Below are positions 18,873 to 26,626 of a DNA stretch of 32,000 nt, piece by piece (positions within the stretch are counted from its first letter, which is position 1; each line of letters starts with the position of its first letter). The stretch covers positions 3,750,001-3,782,000 of the forward strand of contig NZ_CP042911.1 of the NCBI RefSeq assembly GCF_008065095.1, read 5' to 3'. This DNA is from Gemmata obscuriglobus. Its GTDB lineage: Bacteria > Planctomycetota > Planctomycetia > Gemmatales > Gemmataceae. The position numbers were made by a program, and so were the translations under genes. Below the pieces are notes generated by a model. It did not search any database, was not told the origin of the DNA, and saw only the letters and a program-made list of their open reading frames with translations.

Positions 18873-19166
18873 TTACCTTTCTACCGACTTAACCTTCCCA
18901 TCCGGCCCGAACGTGATGTTGATGCCGGAAGCAAGGTAACTGTATACGACGTAAAACTCACCCGGCGGGCCAAAACTGTCAACGCCGAACGGTTGCCCCA
19001 TCAGCCTTTCAACCTCGACGCCCGTCATCTGGGGTGTGATCAGGTAACTTCCGATCTTTTCTTTTATGACTGTTGTGAGATTGTCGAGATTGTGCCCCAG
19101 GCCGGAGTTGGGGATTTTGCACAGGCCGCTATGTGATAGTGCGAATGTCACTAATAATGAGAGCAT
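18873..19166 (-). CDS. small exported/lipoprotein-like protein with BamE/SmpA-OmlA-like motif (hypothetical)
   Basis: A perfect AGGAGG lies 6 nt upstream of the ATG at 19166, and the gene starts only 15 nt after the upstream stop. The N-terminus is hydrophobic, MLSLLVTFALSHSGLC. The core ITPQMTGVEVERLMGQPFGVD...INITFGPDGKVKSV resembles the GMT..eV...lG.P...F..dgkV pattern. G+C is low relative to the flanks. Confidence 0.65.
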   Translation of the reverse strand: MLSLLVTFALSHSGLCKIPNSGLGHNLDNLTTVIKEKIGSYLITPQMTGVEVERLMGQPFGVDSFGPPGEFYVVYSYLASGINITFGPDGKVKSVER

Positions 19167-19181
19167 GCCGCCTCCTGCGGA

Positions 19182-19481
19182 CTAATTGTTGCTCCACGGT
19201 CCCGTAAACGTAACCGCACCTTGCTTGTCGATGGTGATTTTTAGCGTGATCTCAGTTGTCGCGCCGGCCCATGCGATCTTGCCCTTCATCGCACCGGCGT
19301 GACGGGCTTCCAAAATCGTGAAGCTGTTCACGCCTTTGCCGTTGTACGTTCCAGCTCCAAGCGTGATCTTTACAGTTTGCTCGACCTTGTCTACTTTCGT
19401 CGGGTTGAATGATCTGCGAATTGTTTGCAGGTCGGGATTCGTTACACCGTTCTTGAGGAAGAATGCCTCTACTTGCACTTC
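19182..19481 (-). pseudogene. C-terminal fragment of an IS-disrupted 434-codon gene (track ORF 19182..19511)
   Basis: The first 10 codons of the track ORF (MHGPHPVNGY) are encoded by the IS left inverted repeat. From the target duplication onward (EVQVEAFFLKNG...) it continues the frame of 21079..22091. Confidence 0.8.
19474..19481. repeat. target site duplication TGCACTTC (left copy)
   Basis: An exact 8-bp direct repeat abuts each IS end. Confidence 0.9.
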
Positions 19482-21078
19482 GTAACCGTTCACGGGGTGC
19501 GGGCCGTGCATTTTCCAGGCCTTTGTGACTCGATTCTGCGCGGGGTTGCCTCAAGAGCCGGTGTTCCGTAATCGAACGGACGCGATGACATCTGTTCCTC
19601 AACCGCCGGAGCTACCGAGTGACCTGCCGCCAGCGGTGGTGGCGTACATTCGTGCGCTGGAAGCGACGGTTGCGCAGTTGCAGGCCACGGTCGCGGCTCT
19701 CCAGGTCACGGTGGCCGACCTTCAGACCCGGCTCAACCAGAATTCCAGCAACTCGTCGAAACCGCCCTCGTCGGATGGTCCGCAGGTGAAGCCGGCCCCG
19801 CCCAAGAGTCCCTCGGGGAAGCGGCGCGGCGGTCAATCGGGGCACCCCAAGGCCGAGCGCACCGTGCTGCCGCCCGACACGGTCCACACCCTCAAACCGG
19901 ACACCTGCCGCGGGTGTGCGTGCCCACTCACCGGGGACGACCCGAACCCGTCGATTCACCAGGTGCATGAGATCCCGGTCGTCCGGCCGCAGGTGACCGA
20001 GTATCGGTGCCATCGGCTCCGGTGCCCGCACTGCGGCGCCGTGACGACCGCACCGGTGCCCGCCGACGCGGCTCCCGGGTACGGTCCCCGGGTCCAGGCG
20101 GTGGCCGCCATGCTCACCGGTTCGTGCCGCCTGGGCAAGCGGGTGGTGAGCCAACTGTTCGACGACCTGTTCGGGTTGCCCATCCGTCCGGCCACGGTGT
20201 GCAAACTCCAGCACACGACCGCGGCGGCTCTGGCCCCGGTGGCCGAAGCGGCTCTCGCGTACACCCGCGGGCACCCGGCGAACGTGGACGAAACGGGCTG
20301 GACGCAAGGGCGCCAGCGGGCCTGGTTGTGGGTCGCGGTGAGCACCTCGGTGGTCGCATTCCTGATCCGCGCCACCCGGGGCCGGAGCGCGTTCGACGAC
20401 CTGCGGGACGGGTCCGCCCAGGTCCACACGACCGATCGGTATCCGGTGTACACGCATCTGCCGGTGCATCGGCGCCAGGTGTGCTGGGCGCACCTGCGGC
20501 GGGACTTCCAGGCGATGATCGATCGGGGCAACGACGGATCCCCGATCGGGGCCGCCCTGTTGGCCTGTTCCGACGAACTGTTCGGGCACTGGTTCCGGGT
20601 GCGGGACGGGACGTTAGCCCGGTCCACGTTCGCTCGCGTGTACGCCCGCGCCGTGCGGGCCCGGTTCCGCACGCACCTGGGGTACGGGGGCCGGTGCGGG
20701 TGCCCCAAGACCGGGGCCGTGTGCCGCGAGCTGTTGGCGGTGGAGCCGGCCCTGTGGACGTTCGCACGCGTGGGCGGGGTGGAACCGACCAACAACGCGG
20801 CCGAGCGGGCCCTGCGTCACGCCGTGTGCTGGCGCAAGACCAGCTACGGCACCGACTCCGAACGCGGTAGCCGGTTCGTGGAGCGGATCCTCACGGTCCT
20901 GGCCTCGTGTCGCCGGCAGGGCCGCAACGTGCTCGCATTCCTCACCGACGCCGTCACCGCACACCGTACCGGGGCAAAGCCACCAACACTGATCCCGGTC
21001 CCGGCTCAACAACCACCGATGATGAACCCAACTTTCGCTGGCTGTTGAGATACACCCGCATCAACTGTGAACGCTTAC
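19482..21078 (+). mobile_element. IS66-family insertion sequence, single-ORF type, 1597 bp
   Basis: The left end is GTAACCGTTCACGGGGTGCGGG. The reverse complement of the right end is GTAAGCGTTCACAGTTGATGCGGG. The element is flanked by the 8-bp TSD TGCACTTC and encodes an IS66-type DDE transposase. Confidence 0.9.
19585..21048 (+). CDS. IS66 family transposase (TnpC-like)
   Basis: ATG at 19585. The N-terminus is zipper-like (AYIRALEATVAQLQATVAALQVTVADLQTRL) and is followed by NSSNSSKPPSSD. A zinc-finger C..C...CPHCG is present. DDE-region blocks are VDETGW, TDRYPVY, CWAHLRRDF and TNNAAERALR. Confidence 0.93.
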   Translation: MTSVPQPPELPSDLPPAVVAYIRALEATVAQLQATVAALQVTVADLQTRLNQNSSNSSKPPSSDGPQVKPAPPKSPSGKRRGGQSGHPKAERTVLPPDTVHTLKPDTCRGCACPLTGDDPNPSIHQVHEIPVVRPQVTEYRCHRLRCPHCGAVTTAPVPADAAPGYGPRVQAVAAMLTGSCRLGKRVVSQLFDDLFGLPIRPATVCKLQHTTAAALAPVAEAALAYTRGHPANVDETGWTQGRQRAWLWVAVSTSVVAFLIRATRGRSAFDDLRDGSAQVHTTDRYPVYTHLPVHRRQVCWAHLRRDFQAMIDRGNDGSPIGAALLACSDELFGHWFRVRDGTLARSTFARVYARAVRARFRTHLGYGGRCGCPKTGAVCRELLAVEPALWTFARVGGVEPTNNAAERALRHAVCWRKTSYGTDSERGSRFVERILTVLASCRRQGRNVLAFLTDAVTAHRTGAKPPTLIPVPAQQPPMMNPTFAGC

Positions 21079-21086
21079 TGCACTTC
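21079..21086. repeat. target site duplication TGCACTTC (right copy)
   Basis: An exact 8-bp direct repeat abuts each IS end. Confidence 0.9.
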
Positions 21087-22091
21087 GTTAGTAACGACCG
21101 GGTTATTCTGCCCGGTAGCCCATGCCTTAGTCTCGAACTCGAACGTCTGAATGACTGTGCCATTATAGTTGGGCAGAGAAATATCTTGGCCCCACATGAA
21201 GTAAGCCATGATCTGAGGATTCTTGTTGACGGTCGTCTGGCCCATTTCAATGAAGCGAAGCTTGTCCTTGATGTTGGCTGATTTCAGTTGATCAATGTCG
21301 TTGTAAATCGCCTTGTTACCAACTGTGAGGCCACGCCGTTTGAGTTCGGCGTTCGCTGCCTCTTTAGAGCCGTACACGCCCAACATCTTATCCGCAACCT
21401 GATCCATCTTCAGATTGGTCGAAGTCGGGGCTGCTACAGGTTGCGCGAGGCCGGCAACTATAGCTTCAGCGCTATCATTACCGGGCAACTCAGGTGGATA
21501 ATGCCCGGTTTGGCTCCCATCGTAGATGACCGATTCAAACTCGTCCACCTCGACAGCAATGCTCTCGCCAGGATCAGGCACCGGCGTAGGGTCGGGCGTC
21601 GGTGTCGGGCCGGGAACCGGCGTCGGAGTCGGTGCAGGCGTGGGGGCGGGACTGGGAGCAGGCGTCGTGTCGATGCTGATCGGCGTTGGCGTGGCAATCG
21701 GGTCAGCAACTGGCGTCGGCTCGACCGATGCAGGCGTCGGGCTGACGGGGGGCGCGGTCGGAGATTGATCGACCGGCGGCAGCACCGGGACCGGCAGGGG
21801 GTCAAACAGAACGGGTGGGCTGATCGGGTTGGGGACCAGGATGTCTGTCAAGTCGTCCAACACGGGCGTGATGCCGATGGGTGTCGGCCCCACCTGGGTT
21901 TGCGACGAGTCTGTCGGCGTTGGGGCAGGTTCCTTTGTCGGATCAGTGATCGGTTCCGCCGTCGCGGCGGGTGTGGTGGGCGCCGGTTCAGACATCACCT
22001 TCGCCGTCGAGAGAACCGACCCCTCGTATGGCAACAACGGGTCATCGAGCAGGAGGCTCGACGGTGCGTTGCGGTCTTCGAACAAGTTCAA
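21079..22091 (-). pseudogene. N-terminal fragment of the IS-disrupted gene: about 180 aa Pro/Thr-rich linker region plus the start of a globular domain (track ORF 21075..22091)
   Basis: The TAA stop of the track ORF lies inside the IS right end (GTAAGCG). The start is uncertain (TTG 22091 or ATG 21995). G+C is low compared with the core genes. Confidence 0.8.
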
Positions 22092-22220
22092 CTTCAGTTG
22101 AGCCCGATTACCCGTCTTGGAAGCAGTCTCGTCTCCCAGCCACCGCGTCAGGATGCGTAGCAGAGCGGCCCCTCAAGATGGTGCGTGACTTTGCGAGATG
22201 GGAAGAACCAATTTCACCCC

Positions 22221-22248
22221 ACATTATCGGTCGTTATCACACTGTCAA
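22221..22248 (-). promoter_or_regulatory. sigma70-like promoter candidate on the minus strand: TTGACA, 16 nt, TAATGT
   Basis: Hexamers read directly on the reverse complement, about 130 nt upstream of the TTG at 22091. Confidence 0.25.
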
Positions 22249-22308
22249 GACCGCTTTCGCGCTAAGTCTGGCCGGACCAGCCCTGAACCCGAAGATCGGA
22301 CGAGCAGC

Positions 22309-22762
22309 TCACTTGATCTTCTTCAGGTAGGCTTCCACTTTCTTCGCGTCGAGGGGCCGAATGAGGACCACCGTCTTCGAGCCGGTGGTCGTGTAGGTTT
22401 CGTGTCCGTCGCCTCGAAGATCCGCGGCAAGTCGAACCCGACCCCGTCCGTCGCCCCCTTACTCGGCAAGTTCTTCTCCATCAGCAGCACTTCGGCGGTC
22501 TTCAGATCGCTAGCGGTGGCCCCGCCCTTCACTTCGAAGCTATCCGCGGTGAAGCACACCTTCACAAACATCGTGGTCTTGTCAGTGACTTGGAGCACGT
22601 TCACCGTGTTCCAAGTCACAGTAGATTTGCCCGATGTCACCGAGCTTCAGTGGGTGGGAGAGCGTGCCATAATAGAACTTGCTCCCGTCCTTGAATGCTT
22701 TGAGGTTCTCGTTCGCGTCGGTCAGCCCCTTCTCAGCCCATCGTGCACGGCGCGGCAGAACG
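22309..22762 (-). pseudogene. gene remnant spread over three reading frames (at least two frameshifts, no start codon)
   Basis: Frame 1 (22762-22621) reads AVLPRRARWAEKGLTDANENLKAFKDGSKFYYGTLSHPLKLGDIGQIY. Frame 2 (about 22625-22400) reads TVTWNTVNVLQVTDKTTMFVKVCFTADSFEVKGGATASDLKTAEVLLMEKNLPSKGATDGVGFDLPRIFEA. Frame 3 (about 22410-22309) reads HETYTTTGSKTVVLIRPLDAKKVEAYLKKIK-stop. Confidence 0.4.
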
Positions 22763-22940
22763 GCCTAACCCGGCCTTGCACCTGACAGCGGCCGCGGTTC
22801 TGTTTCCGTTACTCGCGCTCCTATGCCCCAGGTCGGATAGGGGCTCGATCCCCTCGGACCGCGCCCTGTGGATCACGCTCTGACTGAACACCGCGTCGAT
22901 CGAGCCGAGGACCACAGGGCGTACTTACGCTGCCACCGCC

Positions 22941-23348
22941 TTAACCTTGAACCGGTTCGGCCGTCGGCGGGTTCGGTAGTGGGTTGCGGGCGAAGACCCA
23001 CTCCTCGATCGGCTTGCCGTCGATGAGGTGCTCCTGAACGAACCGCGGGATGCGGTCGGCGGTCATGTTCCCGTACCACGTTCCCTCGGGGTACACGACG
23101 AGGAGCGGCCCGCCGGCGCAGACGCGCAGGCAGCTCACCTTCGTGCGGTAGCACGCGGTCGGGCCGGTTGCCAGCGACAGGTTTCGGGTTTTCAGTTCGT
23201 CCTTGAGAGCGTCCCACGCCGCCTGCGCGCCGTCCTTGCCGATGGCGCCGCAACAGGCATCACCCACGCACAACATCACGTGCCGGTGGAACTCGCCGAT
23301 CAGCAGGTTCTCGGCGATTTTGGCGAGCTTCTCGTTCGATTCCGGCAT
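22941..23348 (-). CDS. thioredoxin-like [2Fe-2S] ferredoxin family protein
   Basis: ATG at 23348. HVMLCVGDACCG ... SCLRVCAGGPLLVVYPEGTWYG shows the Cys ligand spacing, including C-x3-C, of the TRX-like 2Fe-2S ferredoxin family. The longer track ORF start lies inside a palindromic repeat. Confidence 0.8.
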   Translation of the reverse strand: MPESNEKLAKIAENLLIGEFHRHVMLCVGDACCGAIGKDGAQAAWDALKDELKTRNLSLATGPTACYRTKVSCLRVCAGGPLLVVYPEGTWYGNMTADRIPRFVQEHLIDGKPIEEWVFARNPLPNPPTAEPVQG

Positions 23349-23402
23349 CGGAAACACCTCGTTCACGTCCGGTTGCGAGTGTGCGTGTTCATTTTCGTCT
23401 TG

Positions 23403-23480
23403 TGTCTTTGTGGCACAGACATTCCTGTCTGTGCGACCATCTGTCGCCGCACAGACAGGAATGTCTGTGCCACAAAGACA
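23403..23480. repeat. 78-bp nested palindrome (outer 10-bp stem plus two GCACAGACA-N4-TGTCTGTGC hairpin units)
   Basis: TGTCTTTGTG GCACAGACA TTCC TGTCTGTGC G ACCATCTGTCGC C GCACAGACA GGAA TGTCTGTGC CACAAAGACA, read directly. It sits between the ATPase stop and the ferredoxin start. Confidence 0.9.
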
Positions 23481-23517
23481 TAAGACAACCAGCCGCATCG
23501 CGAATCGGAAACCTGCG

Positions 23518-26500
23518 CTACGCGCTGGCCCGGAACCACCGCCGCACGCGCCGTGCGACTTCTGCGAACAGCAGTACGCTCGACGTGCCGGCCGCCACCG
23601 CGAGCCAGTCCAGTACGCCGAGCGGCGCGACGTTGAACACCTTCCCGCCGAACGTCACGATCAGCACCTGCCCCACCACCGTCAGCGCGGCGATGAGCAG
23701 GAACTGGCGGTTCGCGAACAGGCCCCGCAGCCCCGATTCGCCCGGGTCGAGCGAGCGACAGTTGATCTGGTTCCACACCTGGAAGAACACGTACACGCTG
23801 AAGAACAGCGTGACCTGTCGGAGCGTCAGGCCGGGGAACTCGGAGGCCGCGCCGTCCCCGGCGAACCACCCCCCGTACTGCATCCCCACGAGCATCACGA
23901 GCATCACGACCACGAAGAAGCCGGCGGTCGCGAAGATGGTCCCGAGCATCTGCCGCGTGACGATGCTCTCGTCGCGCCGCTTCGGCGGTCGCTGCATCAG
24001 GTTCGCGCGGGGCGGCTCGCTGCACAGCGCGATGGCCGCGAACGTGTCCATGATGACGTTGATCCACAGCAGTTGCAGCACCGTGAACGGCGGCTTCAAC
24101 CCGATCACCGGTCCCAGGAGCGCGATCAGCAGCGCCGACACATTGATGGTGAGCTGAAACTGGATGAAGCGCTGGATGTTCTCGTACAGCGCGCGGCCCC
24201 ACCACACCGCGCTCACGATGGTGCTGAACGCGTCGTCCAGCAGGACGATCTTGCTGGCCTCCTTCGCCACCTCGGTGCCCGAAATCCCCATCGCCAGACC
24301 CACGTCGGCGCGCTTCAGGGCCGGCGCGTCGTTGGTGCCGTCGCCGGTCATCGCGACGACGTGCTTCTGGGCCTGAAGCAGCCGCACCAGCCGGTACTTG
24401 TCGCCCGGCAGCGCGCGCGCCAGGATGCGCAGCCGGGGCAGCCGCGCCGACAGCTCCTCGTCGGAGAGCTTGTCGAACTCGGCGTGACTCATCGCGATGG
24501 CGTCGGGGGCGTCGAGGAGCCCGATCTCGCGGCCGATGGCGCGGGCGGTTTCGAGCGTGTCCCCGGTGATCATCTTCACCTCGATACCGGCGCCCCGGCA
24601 CTGCCTTACGGCCTCCTTCACGTCGTCGCGGAGCGGGTCGCGGATGCCGGCCCAGCCGTCGAACACCAGGCCCGTTTCGAGCGCTTCGAGGCGGGTGTGG
24701 AACGTGTCCGCGTGTGCCGGATCGTCGCCGGGCAGTTCGGCGTGCGCGAACGCGAGGGTGCGCATCGCGTCGGCCGCGGCGGCGAAGATCTGCACCTCGA
24801 ACTCCGCCCGCGCCTGGGGCGTCATGGGGTGGATCGTGCCGTCCGGAGCGAGGTACGAGGAGGAGCGCGCCAGGACCGCCTCCGGGGCGCCCTTCACGAG
24901 CACCGTCGGCCGTCCGCCGACACTCGCGACGGTCGTCATCCGCTTGCGCTCGGACGAGAAGTGAACCTGGTGCAGCACCGGAAATTCGTCGCGCAGTCGG
25001 ACGTGGTCGAACGGCCCGGACCCGGCCCACGCGCCGCGTCGTAGCCAGTGAAGCAGCGCCCCCTCGGTGGTGTTACCGACGGTGACCAGCTCCCCGTTCT
25101 TTTGTTCGAGGTTCGCGGTCGAGTTGACCGCCGCGTTGACGATCAGCCAGTGCAGGGGCGTGTTCTCGGCCGGGCGGGCGCCGGGGGCAGGAGCCGCAGC
25201 GCCGTCGAACGCGCCTTCAAAGGTGCGCCCGCCGATGCCGAGACGCGACACCGACATTTTGTTCTGTGTTAGGGTGCCCGTCTTGTCGGAGCAGATGACG
25301 GTGGCAGAGCCGATCGTCTCGCACGCCACGAGCTGCCGCACGAGCGAGTTGGCCTGGCTCATCTTCCGCCACGCGATCGCCAGCGACACGGTGACGCTCA
25401 TGGGCAGCCCTTCGGGCACCGCGACCACGATCACGATCACCATGTACACGAAGTAGGAGAGCAGCGCCTGCACGCTCGCGAGCAGCACCTGGGCGCGGTC
25501 CTCTCCCGCGGCCGGCAGCCGGACCTCGCCGACCACCAGCCCGCGGACCAGCAGCGCGATGAAGATGGCGACGGCGGCGGCGTACCCGATCTTGCTGATC
25601 AGACCGGCGAGCGCTTCGAGCTTTTCTTGGAGGGGGGTCGAGGCTTTCGAGATGGTGAGCTTCTCGGCCACCCGGTCCTGCGGTCCGGCGGGCTCCGGCT
25701 CCCCGGACAGGCGACGGGCGATCTGCCCGAGCATCGTGTCGTCGCCGACGTTGGTGACGACCATGCGCCCGGCCCCGTCCACGACCTGCGTGCCGCGGAA
25801 CACGCATCCGGGCTGGTCGGGGCCGTCGGCGGTGTCGTCGGGCGGCCCGGCCGCCTTGCGCACCGGCTCGCTCTCGCCGGTCATCAGCGCTTGATCGACG
25901 AGCAGTTCGTTGGCCCGGACGATCCGCCCGTCGGCCGGGATCTCGTCGCCCATTTCGAGGATCACGAGGTCGCCGACCACCGCGTCCTCAAGGGCGATGG
26001 TCTGGACCCCGCCGCCCCGCGTCACCTTCACCCGGATCGCGTCGCGGGTGGCGTTGAGCTTCTCGAACTCCTGGTCGCTGCGGTACTCGCTGAAGAACGC
26101 CACGCCCGTGGCGAGCAGCACCGCGACCATCACGGCGGCGCCTTCGTAGGACGGGTCGTCCAGCGCGACGCTCACCCCCACCAGCCCGCCGGCGAGTGCG
26201 AACGCGAGCGCCGGCGCCCACGCGCCGAGCCGGCCCACGAGCGCCCCGAGGAGCACCACGAGCACGGTGGCCAGCGCCACCACCCCCGCGACCGTGGACG
26301 CCTCGAACAGGTCCACGACGATCTTCAGCAGCGATGCGCCGAGCAGGATGCGGATGATGGGGTCGTCGAACTTGTCGAGGAACTTCTTCCAGACGGGCTC
26401 GCGGGGCAGGGGGGTGAGCCGGTTCGGCCCGAACCGGGCTCGGCTGTCAGTGATCTGTTCGTCGGTGAGGCCCGCGTCGCTGGCCCGCGGGAACAGCTCG

Positions 26501-26523
26501 GACACGGCGCGAAGAGAACGCAT
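23518..26523 (-). CDS. cation-transporting P-type ATPase, P2 (Ca2+-ATPase-like) family
   Basis: Motifs present: DKTGTLTQN phosphorylation site, PEGLP in TM4, TGES-type actuator region (MTGESEPV), MITGDTLETA and GDGTNDAPALKRADVGLAMG. The start was taken at ATG 26523; the track start is 26574. Confidence 0.93.
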   Translation of the reverse strand: MRSLRAVSELFPRASDAGLTDEQITDSRARFGPNRLTPLPREPVWKKFLDKFDDPIIRILLGASLLKIVVDLFEASTVAGVVALATVLVVLLGALVGRLGAWAPALAFALAGGLVGVSVALDDPSYEGAAVMVAVLLATGVAFFSEYRSDQEFEKLNATRDAIRVKVTRGGGVQTIALEDAVVGDLVILEMGDEIPADGRIVRANELLVDQALMTGESEPVRKAAGPPDDTADGPDQPGCVFRGTQVVDGAGRMVVTNVGDDTMLGQIARRLSGEPEPAGPQDRVAEKLTISKASTPLQEKLEALAGLISKIGYAAAVAIFIALLVRGLVVGEVRLPAAGEDRAQVLLASVQALLSYFVYMVIVIVVAVPEGLPMSVTVSLAIAWRKMSQANSLVRQLVACETIGSATVICSDKTGTLTQNKMSVSRLGIGGRTFEGAFDGAAAPAPGARPAENTPLHWLIVNAAVNSTANLEQKNGELVTVGNTTEGALLHWLRRGAWAGSGPFDHVRLRDEFPVLHQVHFSSERKRMTTVASVGGRPTVLVKGAPEAVLARSSSYLAPDGTIHPMTPQARAEFEVQIFAAAADAMRTLAFAHAELPGDDPAHADTFHTRLEALETGLVFDGWAGIRDPLRDDVKEAVRQCRGAGIEVKMITGDTLETARAIGREIGLLDAPDAIAMSHAEFDKLSDEELSARLPRLRILARALPGDKYRLVRLLQAQKHVVAMTGDGTNDAPALKRADVGLAMGISGTEVAKEASKIVLLDDAFSTIVSAVWWGRALYENIQRFIQFQLTINVSALLIALLGPVIGLKPPFTVLQLLWINVIMDTFAAIALCSEPPRANLMQRPPKRRDESIVTRQMLGTIFATAGFFVVVMLVMLVGMQYGGWFAGDGAASEFPGLTLRQVTLFFSVYVFFQVWNQINCRSLDPGESGLRGLFANRQFLLIAALTVVGQVLIVTFGGKVFNVAPLGVLDWLAVAAGTSSVLLFAEVARRVRRWFRASA

Positions 26524-26626
26524 TCGGCAGCTCGGTTCACTTGGTAGCGAGCGGCGGCCACGAGAGCTGGTCACCGGGGTAGGGGGACCGGCGCTCGCGG
26601 CCGTTCCCCCCGGACCCGCTGCTGTT

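Noticed and set aside
16254-18900. Search for a CBASS-type partner (CD-NTase, E1/E2/JAB, or other sensor) next to the patatin gene
   Set aside because: No ORF with coding character exists in the about 680 bp upstream or about 770 bp downstream. The nearest genes are DUF2293 (divergent) and the small BamE-like gene (convergent). A canonical CBASS operon is therefore not supported.
19512-19584. Initial guess that the IS left end lies near 19525-19540 (where G+C rises), and that ORF 19525..21048 starts at GTG 19525
   Set aside because: Alignment with the right end places the true inverted repeat at 19482, supported by the flanking 8-bp duplication. ATG 19585 gives the typical IS66 transposase N-terminus (MTSVPQPPELPSDLPPAVVAYIRALE...).
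21526-21768. Plus-strand ORF encoding GSGTGVGSGVGVGPGTGVGVGAGVGAGLGAGV (glycine-rich repeat)
   Set aside because: It is the antisense translation of the Pro/Thr-rich linker of the minus-strand gene. The minus frame is continuous with a clearly globular downstream domain.
22838-22865. tRNA 3'-half-like sequence (AGGGG-CTCGAT-CCCCT followed by CGGACCGCGCC), considered as a possible island att site
   Set aside because: The loop is 6 nt, not the 7-nt TPsiC loop. There is no GTTCRA motif, no matching 5' acceptor strand at tRNA distance (the complementary GGCGCGG is 117 nt away), and no matching direct repeat at the left edge of the low-G+C region.
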